Positions 20,934 through 29,579 of a stretch of DNA of 44,922 nt are shown in pieces (position 1 is the first letter of the stretch; every line of letters begins with the position of its first letter). The DNA is taken from contig NZ_SMNA01000006.1 in the NCBI RefSeq assembly GCF_004353825.1, positions 434,001 to 478,922 on the forward strand, given 5' to 3'. The stretch comes from Occultella glacieicola. Lineage in GTDB: Bacteria; Actinomycetota; Actinomycetes; Actinomycetales; Beutenbergiaceae. The position numbers and the translations under genes were made by a program. Below the pieces are notes generated by a model. The model was given only the letters and a program-made list of their open reading frames with translations. It had not been told where the DNA came from and did no database searches.

Positions 20934-23900
20934 ATGAAACGAAGGACACCGACCCACATCGCCCTGGTCGCGGTCGCGGCGCTCGTGGTGAGCGCCCTGC
21001 CCGCGGTGGGCAACACCGTCGAGAACGGCCACACGATCGAGGAGGTCGGGGCACCGATCACCGCGGTCAACATCCGGACCGCGGCCATGGGCGCAATGCC
21101 CGACGGCTCCCCGGTGGTCTACGCCCCGACCTACGGGGAGCCGGCCCGACTGAGCGTCGTCAACGGTGAGACCGGCGAGTTGCTCTCGGTCCACGACCTC
21201 GGTGACAAGACCACCTCCAACTACACCGGCGTGTCCCCGGACGGGTCCGCCTACGCGGCGGGCCAGACTCCCGGTGCCAACCTGTTCCGCTACGACCCGG
21301 CCACCGACGCGGTGACCGATCTCGGCGCGCCGGTGGCCGGCGAGACGAACATCTCGCGGCTGACGTCCTTCGCCGAGGACGGGACGCTGTACTCGGGGAC
21401 GTTCCCGAGCGGGCACGTGTTCAGCTACCACCCGGAGCGGGGCTTCCACGACTTCGGACCGATCGCGGACGGCGAGCAGTACGCGCGGTCCACGGCATTC
21501 GACGGCGACCACACGCTGTACGTCGGCACCGGCACGAACGCCCGGCTGTTCGAGATGGATGTCACCACGGGTGAGCGTACGGAGATCCCCCTGCCCAGCG
21601 AGTATGCCGGGCAGCAGACCTACGTCAACGAGATGTACTACCGGGACGGACTGCTGTTCGCGTTCCTCAGTCCCGCGTACGCCTACATCGTCTACGACAC
21701 GTCCATCGGAGCGTGGCGGGAGTCGCTCACCGATGTCCAGGCGAGCCCGATCTCCGAGGTGGTCGACGGCCGCGTCTACTACGTCAACCGCACCCCCAAC
21801 GACGTGTTCGGCTACGACCTCGCGACCGGCGGGGTCACCCGGGTCACCGAGCTCGACGCGATCTCCCTCAACACCAGCCGCGGCTTCGGCATCCTGGAGC
21901 TCGAGGATCCGCAGTGGCCCGGCACCACCCTGACCGGGATGGGCCTGACCGGACGCATGTGGCACTACAACCTGCAGACGCAGGAGTTCCGCTGGGTGCA
22001 GACCGAGGCCTCCGCAGGCGCCCTGAAGATCGCCGCCCTGGGCATGGCACCCGACAACCAGCTGTACGCCGCCGGCTTCCTGACGCCGAACACCATGGCC
22101 CGGATCGACGTCGACACGCTGGAGCACGAACCGCTCCCCGGCCCCTCCCAGTCCCAGTTCATCGGCACCGTCGAGGTCGAGGGTGCCGAGCCGAGCATGT
22201 ACATCGGCGGGTACTCCGACGCCGGGGTGTGGCGCCACGACCACACCGCCCAGTGGGACTACCCGTACAACCCGATCAGCATCGCTCGCCTGGACTCCCA
22301 CGACCAGGAGCGGGTGCTCGCGATCGTCGAGGCCGGGGACCGCCTCGCCGTGGCGACCCTTGGCCCGAAGGGCACCCTGGGCGGACACCTGAGCATCGTC
22401 GACCCGGTCGACGGCACCATCCCCTACACCGACGAGCCCGTCCCGACCTACGCCGTCGCGTCGGTCCTGCACCGGGAGATCGACGGACGTGACGTTCTCA
22501 TCGGCGGGACCACGAGCAACCAGCTCGGTGTGGAGCATCCCGATCCGGACGCGCGACTGTTCGTCTTCGACCTCGCGACGCTCACCACCGAGTACGTGAC
22601 CGTCCCGCGGGCCGGTGCTTCGGCGATCAGCCAGATCCGCGAGCTCCCCGATGGGCGGATCTGGGCGGTCGCGAACGACTCGACCATCCTGGAGCTCGAC
22701 GTCCGCCACGACGGCGCCGGGTACACGATCGGGACGACCGAGGTGGCGTCGATCTTCGGTGAGCCGCGTGGCGCCGGCGACTGGGCCGGGGCCCGGCTGG
22801 GGCTGCTCGACGAGGACACCCTCGTCGGCAACGCCGGAGGCTGGGTGTACACCGTCCAGGTCGCGACCGGAGCGGTCGAACTGATCACCGAGGGCAGCGA
22901 GGCGACCCCGACCGGCGACGGGCGGTTCTTCTTCGCCCGGGACACCGTCGTGTTCCGGGGCACCCCACAGGGCTGGGTCGCGCCCGACCCGACGGACCCG
23001 ACGGACCCGACGGAACCGACGGAACCGTACAACTACGCCCTCGCCGCGAACGGGGCCTCCGCCACCGCATCGAGCGCCCACGGTGAGTACGGCGCGGCGC
23101 AGACCATCGACGGCGACACCTCCAGCACGGCGAGCCGGTGGGTGAGTGCCGCTGGTGACGACGAGCCATGGCTGGAGGTCACCTTCGCCGAGGAGTCCCC
23201 GATCGACACGGTGAACCTGTACCAGTACCTGAACTACGAGCTCGGTGACTACGACATCTCCGCGCAGGTCGACGGCCAGTGGGTCACGGTCGCGGAGGCA
23301 CGTGGGAACGTCTCACCACGGACGGTCCACGAGTTCGACGGCGTGCTCGCCACGGCGGTGCGGCTGGACGGCGTCTCGAGCTCGGACGGGCGGGTCCGGT
23401 TGTTCGAGCTCGAGGTGACCTGCCGGGCCGGCGGTCTCTGCGGTGGCGACGCACCGGAGTGCCCGGCCGCCCCCCCGGCCACCGGGGTGGCCGTGCGCAG
23501 CCTCGGGGTGCCGGTCACGGAGCTGCAGATGAACGTGTCCGCCACCGGGTACCTGCCGGACGGCCGACCGGTCCTCTATGTCCAGGGCGGCAGTCCGGGC
23601 AACGCGGTGCAGTTCGCCGTCATCGACGCGCTGACCGGTGAGCAGCTGCGCCACCACGCGATCGAGGAGCTCAACGACTCGCTGTCGATGATCTCGACCC
23701 AGGACGGCTCGGTCTACATCCCCGGGTGGGGGCCGGAGGCACTGCTGTTCCGGTACGACGCCGCGACGGACACGATGACCAACCTCGGCCACGCCGTCGT
23801 GGGCGAGTCGCACATCACCCGGATCGTCGAGGCCGAGGATGGCACGCTGTACGGCGGCACGTTCCCGAACGGGCATGTCTTCAGCTACGACCCGAGCACC

Positions 23901-26900
23901 GACGAGTTCACGGACTACGGTCAGGTCGACCCGACCGAGTACTACGCGCGAGCCGTCGCCTACGACGAGGCCGGGAACCTGTACGTCGGCACCGAGGGCA
24001 CCGCCCGGGTGATCCGGCTGGACCTGGACACCGGTGAGCGGACCGAGATCCCGCAGCCGCCGACGATGGCGCCGAACGACTACCGGATCAGCCTGATGGC
24101 CTGGCGCGACGGACTGCTCTTCGCATACTTCGGTGGTTCGCTCGAGTGGCACGTCTACGACCCCAGCGTCGGCGAGTGGGTCGCGCACCTGCCCCGCAGC
24201 GCACCGAGCATGCCGACCGAGGTCTCGGCCGACGGCAAGGTCTACTTCGCCAACACCGCTGAGAACCGGCTGTACTCCTTCGACGTCGCGACCCTCGAGC
24301 TCGCCGATGCCGGGTGGGACCGGGCCGTCAACTACTACCTCGGTGGCGGCGGCATGGGCCTCATCGAGCTCGGACACGAGGACTACCCGGGCGAGTCGAT
24401 CGTCGGCATGGGCCGGCGCGGTGAGCTCTGGCGGTTCAACCTCGGGACCGGCACCGGTGCCGTGGATACCGACGCTCAGATGCCGATGACCCCGATCACG
24501 GTGCGGTCCTTCGGCAGCGGGAACGACGGCGAGGTGTACGTGGGCCTGAGTTTCAACAACGGCAACCTGGTCACCTACGACCCCGACGCCGACGAACTGA
24601 ACGTCCAGTCCGCTTCGTTGTCGGCGCAGGTGCATCAGTACCTGACCACGGACGAGGCGATCTACCTGGGCACCTACACCGGAGCGGTCCTGCGCCGCTA
24701 CGACCCCGACCAGCCCCTCGGCAGCGGGAACCCGGGGGTGGTCTTCAGCCTCAACGACCACAACCAGGACCGGCTCTTCGGCCTCGCGGAGGCCGGTGAC
24801 CGGATCGCCGCCGGCAGCCTCGGCAAGCGCGGTCACCCGAGCGGGCGACTGGTGTTCTTCACCCCGTCGACCGGCGAGGTCGAGGACTTCGGTGAGATCC
24901 TGCCCGGCCACCAGTTGATCTCGATGGCCGTGATCGGCGACACCCTCTACATCGGCACCTCGAACAACACCCCGGGCGCGGACCCGATCGTCGACGAGTC
25001 CGTGATCATCGCCTGGGACCTCACCACGGACACCATCGCGTGGCAGTCCGCCCCGATCCCGGGGCTGTCCACGATCTCGGCGATGGTGCCCCGGGAGGAC
25101 GGCCAGCTCTGGGCCCTGACCGGCGACGGCACCGTGTTCCGGTTCGACCCGCAGACCCGGCAGGTCGAGCAGTCCGTGGAGATCACCGGCGGGGGCAGCG
25201 GCAACCATGGCTACCCCAAGCTCTCGCTTGGCCCTGACGGGCTCCTCTACGGATCCACGGGCGGCGGGATCATCTTCTCGCTCGACCCGTGGACCGGCGC
25301 CTACGAGGTCCTCACGCACGGGAACTATGTGATGCCGCACTCCGACGGGCGGCTGTACTTCGCCCGAGGGTCCGAGGTCTTCCAGGCGACGTTGACCCGG
25401 GGCACCGAGCCCTGGGTCGTGACCCCGGCTCCGGTCACCTTCGACGACCGGGACGGCACCGACGAGGACACGTTCACCGTTCCGGAGGCCACCGGTGTCG
25501 GCTACCGGGTGGACGGCCAGGTCATCGAACCCGGGATCCATCCCGGCTCGGGCGCGGTGACCGTGCGGGCCGTGGCCGCGGACTGCTACCAGCTGGCGGC
25601 GGGCTCGACGACCGAGTGGTCCCACGAGTTCGGCACCGGGGAGGGTGATCCCGACCCGGACCAACCGTACAACTACGCCCTCGCTTCCAACGGGGCGAGC
25701 GCCGAGAGTTCCAGCGAGCTCCGGGACTTCACCGCGTCGAACCTGATCGACGGCGACACCGACGCCGCCGACAGCCGGTGGGTGAGCGCGGCTGAGGACA
25801 CCGATCCCTGGCTGGAGATCACGTTCGCGCAGGAGTCGCCTATCGACACGGTGAGCACCTACCAGCAGCAGAACTACCAGCTGGATGACTACGACATCAC
25901 GGCCCAGGTGGACGGGCAGTGGGTCACGGTCGCCGAGGTCCGTGGGAACGTGGAGATCGGCACCGTGCACCAGTTCGGCGGCGTCCGAGCGACCGCGCTG
26001 CGGTTCGAGGGGTTCACGAGCCCCGACGGCCGGGTGCGGATGTTCGAGGTCGAGGTGACCTGCCAGGTCAGCGATAGCTGCACCGATGACGGCGAGGCCG
26101 ACCCGACCTCGACGACGCTGGCGATCACCGGGGACCCGGTCAGCGGTGCCGACCTCACCCTCACCAGCACCGTCGAACCCGCCGGGGCGGCCGGTGCCGT
26201 CACGTTCCTCGACGGCACCACCGAGTTGGCCACGGTCGACGTCGCCGACGGCGCGGCCTCCACCGTCGTGACGCTCGGCGCCGGCACTCACTCGCTGACG
26301 GCCGCCTTCACGTCCGCAACCGCGGACTGGGCGGCATCGGCCTCGGAGCCGGTCGCCGTCGAGGTATCCCGGTCCGCGGCGACGACCGGGGTCGACCTGT
26401 CCCGCCCCGCGGGCGGCTACGGAACGGCCACGACGGCGACGGTGACCGTCGCCGGGACGTCGGCTCCGCCGTCGGGCGTCGTGGAGATCCGCAACGGCGA
26501 CGACGTGCTCGTCGGCGGCGAGCTGAGCGTGGACGGCCTCGTCGGCACCGCCGAGGTGGAGCTCCCGCGCGATCTGCCGGCCGGCCGGTACCAATTGACC
26601 GCGGTCTATCTCGGTGATGCCGAGGTGACGGACTCGACCAGCGCGGCAGTCGCGTACCGGGTGGTACCGGCGCGCCCCTCGGTGGACATCGACGCCCCGT
26701 CGATGGTGCGCCGCGGGGAGGCCCCCCAGGTCACGATCACCGTGCGTGGTGCCGACGGCGGGCCCGCCCCGACGGGCACGGTGACGATCACCTCCGGGTT
26801 CCGCGTCGTCGAGGTGGTGATGCTCGACGCCGACGGCCGCGCCAGCGTGGAACTGCCGCCGGTCTCGTTCCTGACCCTGGTGACGGCCACGTACGGAGGG

Positions 26901-26951
26901 GACCAGGGCTATCGCCCGGGCCTGGGCATCGACCTGATCCGCGGCTGGTAG
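20934..26951 (+). CDS. ~2005-aa secreted multidomain protein: propeller module, discoidin (F5/8C), propeller module, small beta domain, discoidin, Ig-like (Big_3) repeats
   Basis: Signal peptide; blades DGTLYSGTFPSGHVFSY and DGTLYGGTFPNGHVFSY; discoidin motifs IDGD..SRWVS..PWLE; Ig-like GAVTFLDGTTEL, GTHSLTAAF, LTAVYLGD. Confidence 0.85.
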   Translation: MKRRTPTHIALVAVAALVVSALPAVGNTVENGHTIEEVGAPITAVNIRTAAMGAMPDGSPVVYAPTYGEPARLSVVNGETGELLSVHDLGDKTTSNYTGVSPDGSAYAAGQTPGANLFRYDPATDAVTDLGAPVAGETNISRLTSFAEDGTLYSGTFPSGHVFSYHPERGFHDFGPIADGEQYARSTAFDGDHTLYVGTGTNARLFEMDVTTGERTEIPLPSEYAGQQTYVNEMYYRDGLLFAFLSPAYAYIVYDTSIGAWRESLTDVQASPISEVVDGRVYYVNRTPNDVFGYDLATGGVTRVTELDAISLNTSRGFGILELEDPQWPGTTLTGMGLTGRMWHYNLQTQEFRWVQTEASAGALKIAALGMAPDNQLYAAGFLTPNTMARIDVDTLEHEPLPGPSQSQFIGTVEVEGAEPSMYIGGYSDAGVWRHDHTAQWDYPYNPISIARLDSHDQERVLAIVEAGDRLAVATLGPKGTLGGHLSIVDPVDGTIPYTDEPVPTYAVASVLHREIDGRDVLIGGTTSNQLGVEHPDPDARLFVFDLATLTTEYVTVPRAGASAISQIRELPDGRIWAVANDSTILELDVRHDGAGYTIGTTEVASIFGEPRGAGDWAGARLGLLDEDTLVGNAGGWVYTVQVATGAVELITEGSEATPTGDGRFFFARDTVVFRGTPQGWVAPDPTDPTDPTEPTEPYNYALAANGASATASSAHGEYGAAQTIDGDTSSTASRWVSAAGDDEPWLEVTFAEESPIDTVNLYQYLNYELGDYDISAQVDGQWVTVAEARGNVSPRTVHEFDGVLATAVRLDGVSSSDGRVRLFELEVTCRAGGLCGGDAPECPAAPPATGVAVRSLGVPVTELQMNVSATGYLPDGRPVLYVQGGSPGNAVQFAVIDALTGEQLRHHAIEELNDSLSMISTQDGSVYIPGWGPEALLFRYDAATDTMTNLGHAVVGESHITRIVEAEDGTLYGGTFPNGHVFSYDPSTDEFTDYGQVDPTEYYARAVAYDEAGNLYVGTEGTARVIRLDLDTGERTEIPQPPTMAPNDYRISLMAWRDGLLFAYFGGSLEWHVYDPSVGEWVAHLPRSAPSMPTEVSADGKVYFANTAENRLYSFDVATLELADAGWDRAVNYYLGGGGMGLIELGHEDYPGESIVGMGRRGELWRFNLGTGTGAVDTDAQMPMTPITVRSFGSGNDGEVYVGLSFNNGNLVTYDPDADELNVQSASLSAQVHQYLTTDEAIYLGTYTGAVLRRYDPDQPLGSGNPGVVFSLNDHNQDRLFGLAEAGDRIAAGSLGKRGHPSGRLVFFTPSTGEVEDFGEILPGHQLISMAVIGDTLYIGTSNNTPGADPIVDESVIIAWDLTTDTIAWQSAPIPGLSTISAMVPREDGQLWALTGDGTVFRFDPQTRQVEQSVEITGGGSGNHGYPKLSLGPDGLLYGSTGGGIIFSLDPWTGAYEVLTHGNYVMPHSDGRLYFARGSEVFQATLTRGTEPWVVTPAPVTFDDRDGTDEDTFTVPEATGVGYRVDGQVIEPGIHPGSGAVTVRAVAADCYQLAAGSTTEWSHEFGTGEGDPDPDQPYNYALASNGASAESSSELRDFTASNLIDGDTDAADSRWVSAAEDTDPWLEITFAQESPIDTVSTYQQQNYQLDDYDITAQVDGQWVTVAEVRGNVEIGTVHQFGGVRATALRFEGFTSPDGRVRMFEVEVTCQVSDSCTDDGEADPTSTTLAITGDPVSGADLTLTSTVEPAGAAGAVTFLDGTTELATVDVADGAASTVVTLGAGTHSLTAAFTSATADWAASASEPVAVEVSRSAATTGVDLSRPAGGYGTATTATVTVAGTSAPPSGVVEIRNGDDVLVGGELSVDGLVGTAEVELPRDLPAGRYQLTAVYLGDAEVTDSTSAAVAYRVVPARPSVDIDAPSMVRRGEAPQVTITVRGADGGPAPTGTVTITSGFRVVEVVMLDADGRASVELPPVSFLTLVTATYGGDQGYRPGLGIDLIRGW
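22986..23027 (+). repeat. 9-bp tandem repeat encoding a (D/E)PT linker
   Basis: GACCCGACG x3, GAACCGACG, GAACCG. Confidence 0.85.
23023..23424 (+). repeat. Discoidin domain copy 1 (intragenic direct repeat)
   Basis: Ungapped colinear match to 25663-26064; both ends are offset by exactly 2640 bp. Confidence 0.88.
25663..26064 (+). repeat. Discoidin domain copy 2 (intragenic direct repeat)
   Basis: Starts AACCGTACAACTACGCCCTCGC and ends GAGGTGACCTGCC, like copy 1. Confidence 0.88.
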
Positions 26952-26970
26952 AGGACCCGCTCGAGACAGC

Positions 26971-27004
26971 AGCCGCCCCGTCCGAATCCTCGGAGGGGGC
27001 GGCT
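26971..27004. terminator. Hairpin between convergent genes (probable terminator)
   Basis: AGCCGCCCC-G-TCCGA-ATCC-TCGGA-G-GGGGCGGCT. Confidence 0.7.
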
Positions 27005-27062
27005 TCGTGTCGGAGAGCCCGGCGCCGGCCCTCGACCGCGCTCGGGGACCGGGACGGATGGG

Positions 27063-28151
27063 TCAGGACAGCCAGCCGTCCCGGTGCTCGGCGATGAATG
27101 TGTCATCGGTGAGCCACGGGTAGGCGGCGGTGACCCGGTCGAGCTCGGCGGCCTGGCCGGGTGAGAGCTGCTCGTCCGGGTCCAGGCAGCGGATCGAGTC
27201 GAGCAGACCTTGCCGGCGCAGCACCTCCTTGATGCCGGGGATGCAGCCGCGGAAGGCGTTCGCGGCGTCGAAGACCGCGGAGTTGGCGTCGGTGAGCTGG
27301 GGGGCGAGGCGCAGGAGGCCGGGCAGTTCGGAGCCGTCCCCGCCGCGCAGGCGCTGCACGCGTTCGAACATCTCGACGGCGCGCCGGGTCCAGACCGCCC
27401 ACTGCCCGAGCAGGCCACCGCGCATCCACAGGCTGCGCAGTCCGCCGGCACCGTCGGGGTAGCCCAGCGGGGTGATCAGGTCGTGCAGGATCGAGTCGTC
27501 GTTGCCGGTGTAGACGACCAGGTCGTCCCGGCCGCAGTCGGCGACGGCGCGCAGCACGTCCAGCGTGGCGTACCGGTCGAACGGGGCCGCCTTGATCGCC
27601 ACCACGCCCTCGATCGCGGCCATGTCGTGCCAGTACTGCTGGCTGAGGGCCCGGCCGCCGACGGCCGGCTGGAGGTAGAAGCCGATCACCGGGAGGACCT
27701 CGGCGACCGCGCGGGTGCGGGCCACCAGGTCCGCCTCGCTCGCCCCCGCCAGACCACCGGGCGAGAGCAGCACGGCGTGGTACCCCAGGCCGGCGGCGAG
27801 CTCCGCCTCGGAGACGGCCTGCGCCGTCGGCCCGACGGCCCCGCCGACCAGGATGGTGGTGCGGGTGGCCTCGGCGCGCACGGTCTCGGCGGCGAGTTCG
27901 AGGACCGGCGCTAGCAGCCCTACGTCTGCCTCCCGGATCGCGAACTCGGTCGAATGCACCCCGACCGCCACGCCGCCGACGCCGGCCGCGAGCTGGTAGC
28001 GGGTGAGTGCGCGCTGGTGCCGCTCGTCGAAGCTGCCGGCCTCGGTCAGGGCGAGGGGGTGGGCCGGGATGACCGTGCCGGTGCGCAGCAGGGCCAGGGC
28101 GTCGGAGGTCCCTGGCGCGATCAGGGCCGCTTCGGTGCCGGCGTGCGTCAT
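27063..28151 (-). CDS. Dihydrodipicolinate synthase family protein (atypical)
   Basis: VIPAHPLAL, VGVHSTEF, IGFYLQP, Schiff-base Lys in AIKAAP, YTGNDD; ATG 28151 overlaps the upstream stop. Confidence 0.85.
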   Translation of the reverse strand: MTHAGTEAALIAPGTSDALALLRTGTVIPAHPLALTEAGSFDERHQRALTRYQLAAGVGGVAVGVHSTEFAIREADVGLLAPVLELAAETVRAEATRTTILVGGAVGPTAQAVSEAELAAGLGYHAVLLSPGGLAGASEADLVARTRAVAEVLPVIGFYLQPAVGGRALSQQYWHDMAAIEGVVAIKAAPFDRYATLDVLRAVADCGRDDLVVYTGNDDSILHDLITPLGYPDGAGGLRSLWMRGGLLGQWAVWTRRAVEMFERVQRLRGGDGSELPGLLRLAPQLTDANSAVFDAANAFRGCIPGIKEVLRRQGLLDSIRCLDPDEQLSPGQAAELDRVTAAYPWLTDDTFIAEHRDGWLS

Positions 28152-29167
28152 CAGAACTTCCCGTCGCGGCGTTGGAACTTGGTCGGCTTGCCCAGCAGCG
28201 GACCGCCGCCGCCGACCCAGGCCGCGGTGTGCGCGATCAGTTCCTCCAGAGTGACGTCCGGGTAGCCGAACAGTCCGTGGCAACGGGAGGCGTCGGACAG
28301 CAGCGCGGTCGGCGCCTCGGTGCCTGTGAACTCGACCGGCCGGCCGAGCCGGTGCGCCAACCGGCTCGCGACGCTGCGGATCGAGATCGTCTCCGGGCCG
28401 GTCAGGTTCAGCACGAACGGAGGCACGTCGACGTGCAGCAGCGAGCGCAGCGTCACCTCGTTCGCGTACCCCTGCCACACCACGTTGGCGAACCCGGTGG
28501 TCACGTCGACCACCTCGCCGTTCATGATCTGGGTGGCCAGGTCCACAAGCACGCCGTAGCGCATCTCGACGGCGTAGTTCAGCCTGATCAGTGCGGTCGG
28601 GGTGGTTGTGGTGGTCGCCACGTGCGACAGGACGCGTTCGCGGCCCAGGCAGGACATGGCGTACTCCCCCACCGGGCCGAGGTCGCTGTGCTCGGTGGAC
28701 CCGCCGGAGGAGACCGGCACCAACGGGTAGACGTTGCCGGTGGAGAGCGCGACGATCCGCGAGCCCCGGTAGCGGTGCGCGATCCGGCCGGGCAGATAGG
28801 CGTTCGTGGCCCAGGTGGCGGCCTCCTGACCGTGGCTGCCGAACTTCGCGCCGACCAGGTAGACGACGTTGGCAGCGTCCGGCAGGACCGCGAGCGCGTC
28901 CTCGTCGGCCACGTCGGCGGCGACCACCTCCGCACCGGTCGCGGCCATGCCAGCACGCGCCTCCGGGGAGCCGTAGCGGGAGACCGCGAACACCCTCGCG
29001 CCGGTACCGGCTGCCTCGAGCGCCCGCACCGCGAGCCGGACCAGGCTGGGACCCAGCTTGCCGCCGGCGCCCAGCACCACCAGGTCGCCGTCCAGGCGCC
29101 GCAGGTCCGCCACGAGTTCTGGACGAGGCGCCGAGAGCCGGTCCTCGAGTTCGTCGAGATCGCGCAC
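28151..29167 (-). CDS. NAD-dependent epimerase/dehydratase family protein
   Basis: VLGAGGKLG, LSTGNVY, EYAMSCLGRE, RLNYA; RBS GGAGG. Confidence 0.85.
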   Translation of the reverse strand: MRDLDELEDRLSAPRPELVADLRRLDGDLVVLGAGGKLGPSLVRLAVRALEAAGTGARVFAVSRYGSPEARAGMAATGAEVVAADVADEDALAVLPDAANVVYLVGAKFGSHGQEAATWATNAYLPGRIAHRYRGSRIVALSTGNVYPLVPVSSGGSTEHSDLGPVGEYAMSCLGRERVLSHVATTTTTPTALIRLNYAVEMRYGVLVDLATQIMNGEVVDVTTGFANVVWQGYANEVTLRSLLHVDVPPFVLNLTGPETISIRSVASRLAHRLGRPVEFTGTEAPTALLSDASRCHGLFGYPDVTLEELIAHTAAWVGGGGPLLGKPTKFQRRDGKF

Positions 29168-29191
29168 GTGCTGTTCCGCCCTCCATCGAGT

Positions 29192-29207
29192 TACGGTCCA
29201 GACCGTA
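29192..29207. promoter_or_regulatory. Perfect inverted repeat TACGGTC-CA-GACCGTA, candidate operator of the epimerase-DHDPS pair
   Basis: Palindrome about 25 nt upstream of the 29167 start. Confidence 0.55.
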
Positions 29208-29318
29208 TTGGGTGGGAGGCCGGGTCGTCAACCCGGCTGCCGTCGCGACCTGCCTCGCCGCAGCCATCGGGCCGCGGAGGGCCTTGCCCGGCGGCACCGG
29301 ACGGCGCAGGCTGGGCCC

Positions 29319-29537
29319 GTGAGACGCAAGCCGGTCAGGTCGAGCGCGGTAGCCGCCGTCGGGTACGACCCGGGCACCAACGAGCTCGACATCGAGTACC
29401 GCAGCGGCGACGTCTACCGGTACTCGATGGTGCCGCCGTCGGTGTACCGGGACCTGCTGGCGGCCCCGTCGATCGGCGCGTACGTCAACCGTTCGGTCAA
29501 GCCCCACTATCCGGGGCGTGAGATCTTCGACACCTGA
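29319..29537 (+). CDS. KTSC domain-containing protein
   Basis: VRSSAVAAVGYD...LDIEYRSGDVYRY..VP..VYRDLLAAPSIGAYVNRSVK; probably leaderless (CAGGCT at 29307-29312). Confidence 0.88.
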   Translation: MRRKPVRSSAVAAVGYDPGTNELDIEYRSGDVYRYSMVPPSVYRDLLAAPSIGAYVNRSVKPHYPGREIFDT

Positions 29538-29579
29538 CCCGAGGCGGGAACGGCGCCGGCGATCACGCCGGAGGGCGCC

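Noticed and set aside
22986..23027. Short tandem repeats as CRISPR or phase-variation tract
   Set aside because: In-frame 9-bp units encoding a Pro/Thr linker; no spacers or cas genes anywhere in the window.
27063..29507. 814-aa ORF suggesting a fusion protein
   Set aside because: Only the last 362 aa are protein-like; the extension overlaps the epimerase in another frame. The same applies to the extended ORFs starting at 900, 13213, 32073 and 32106.
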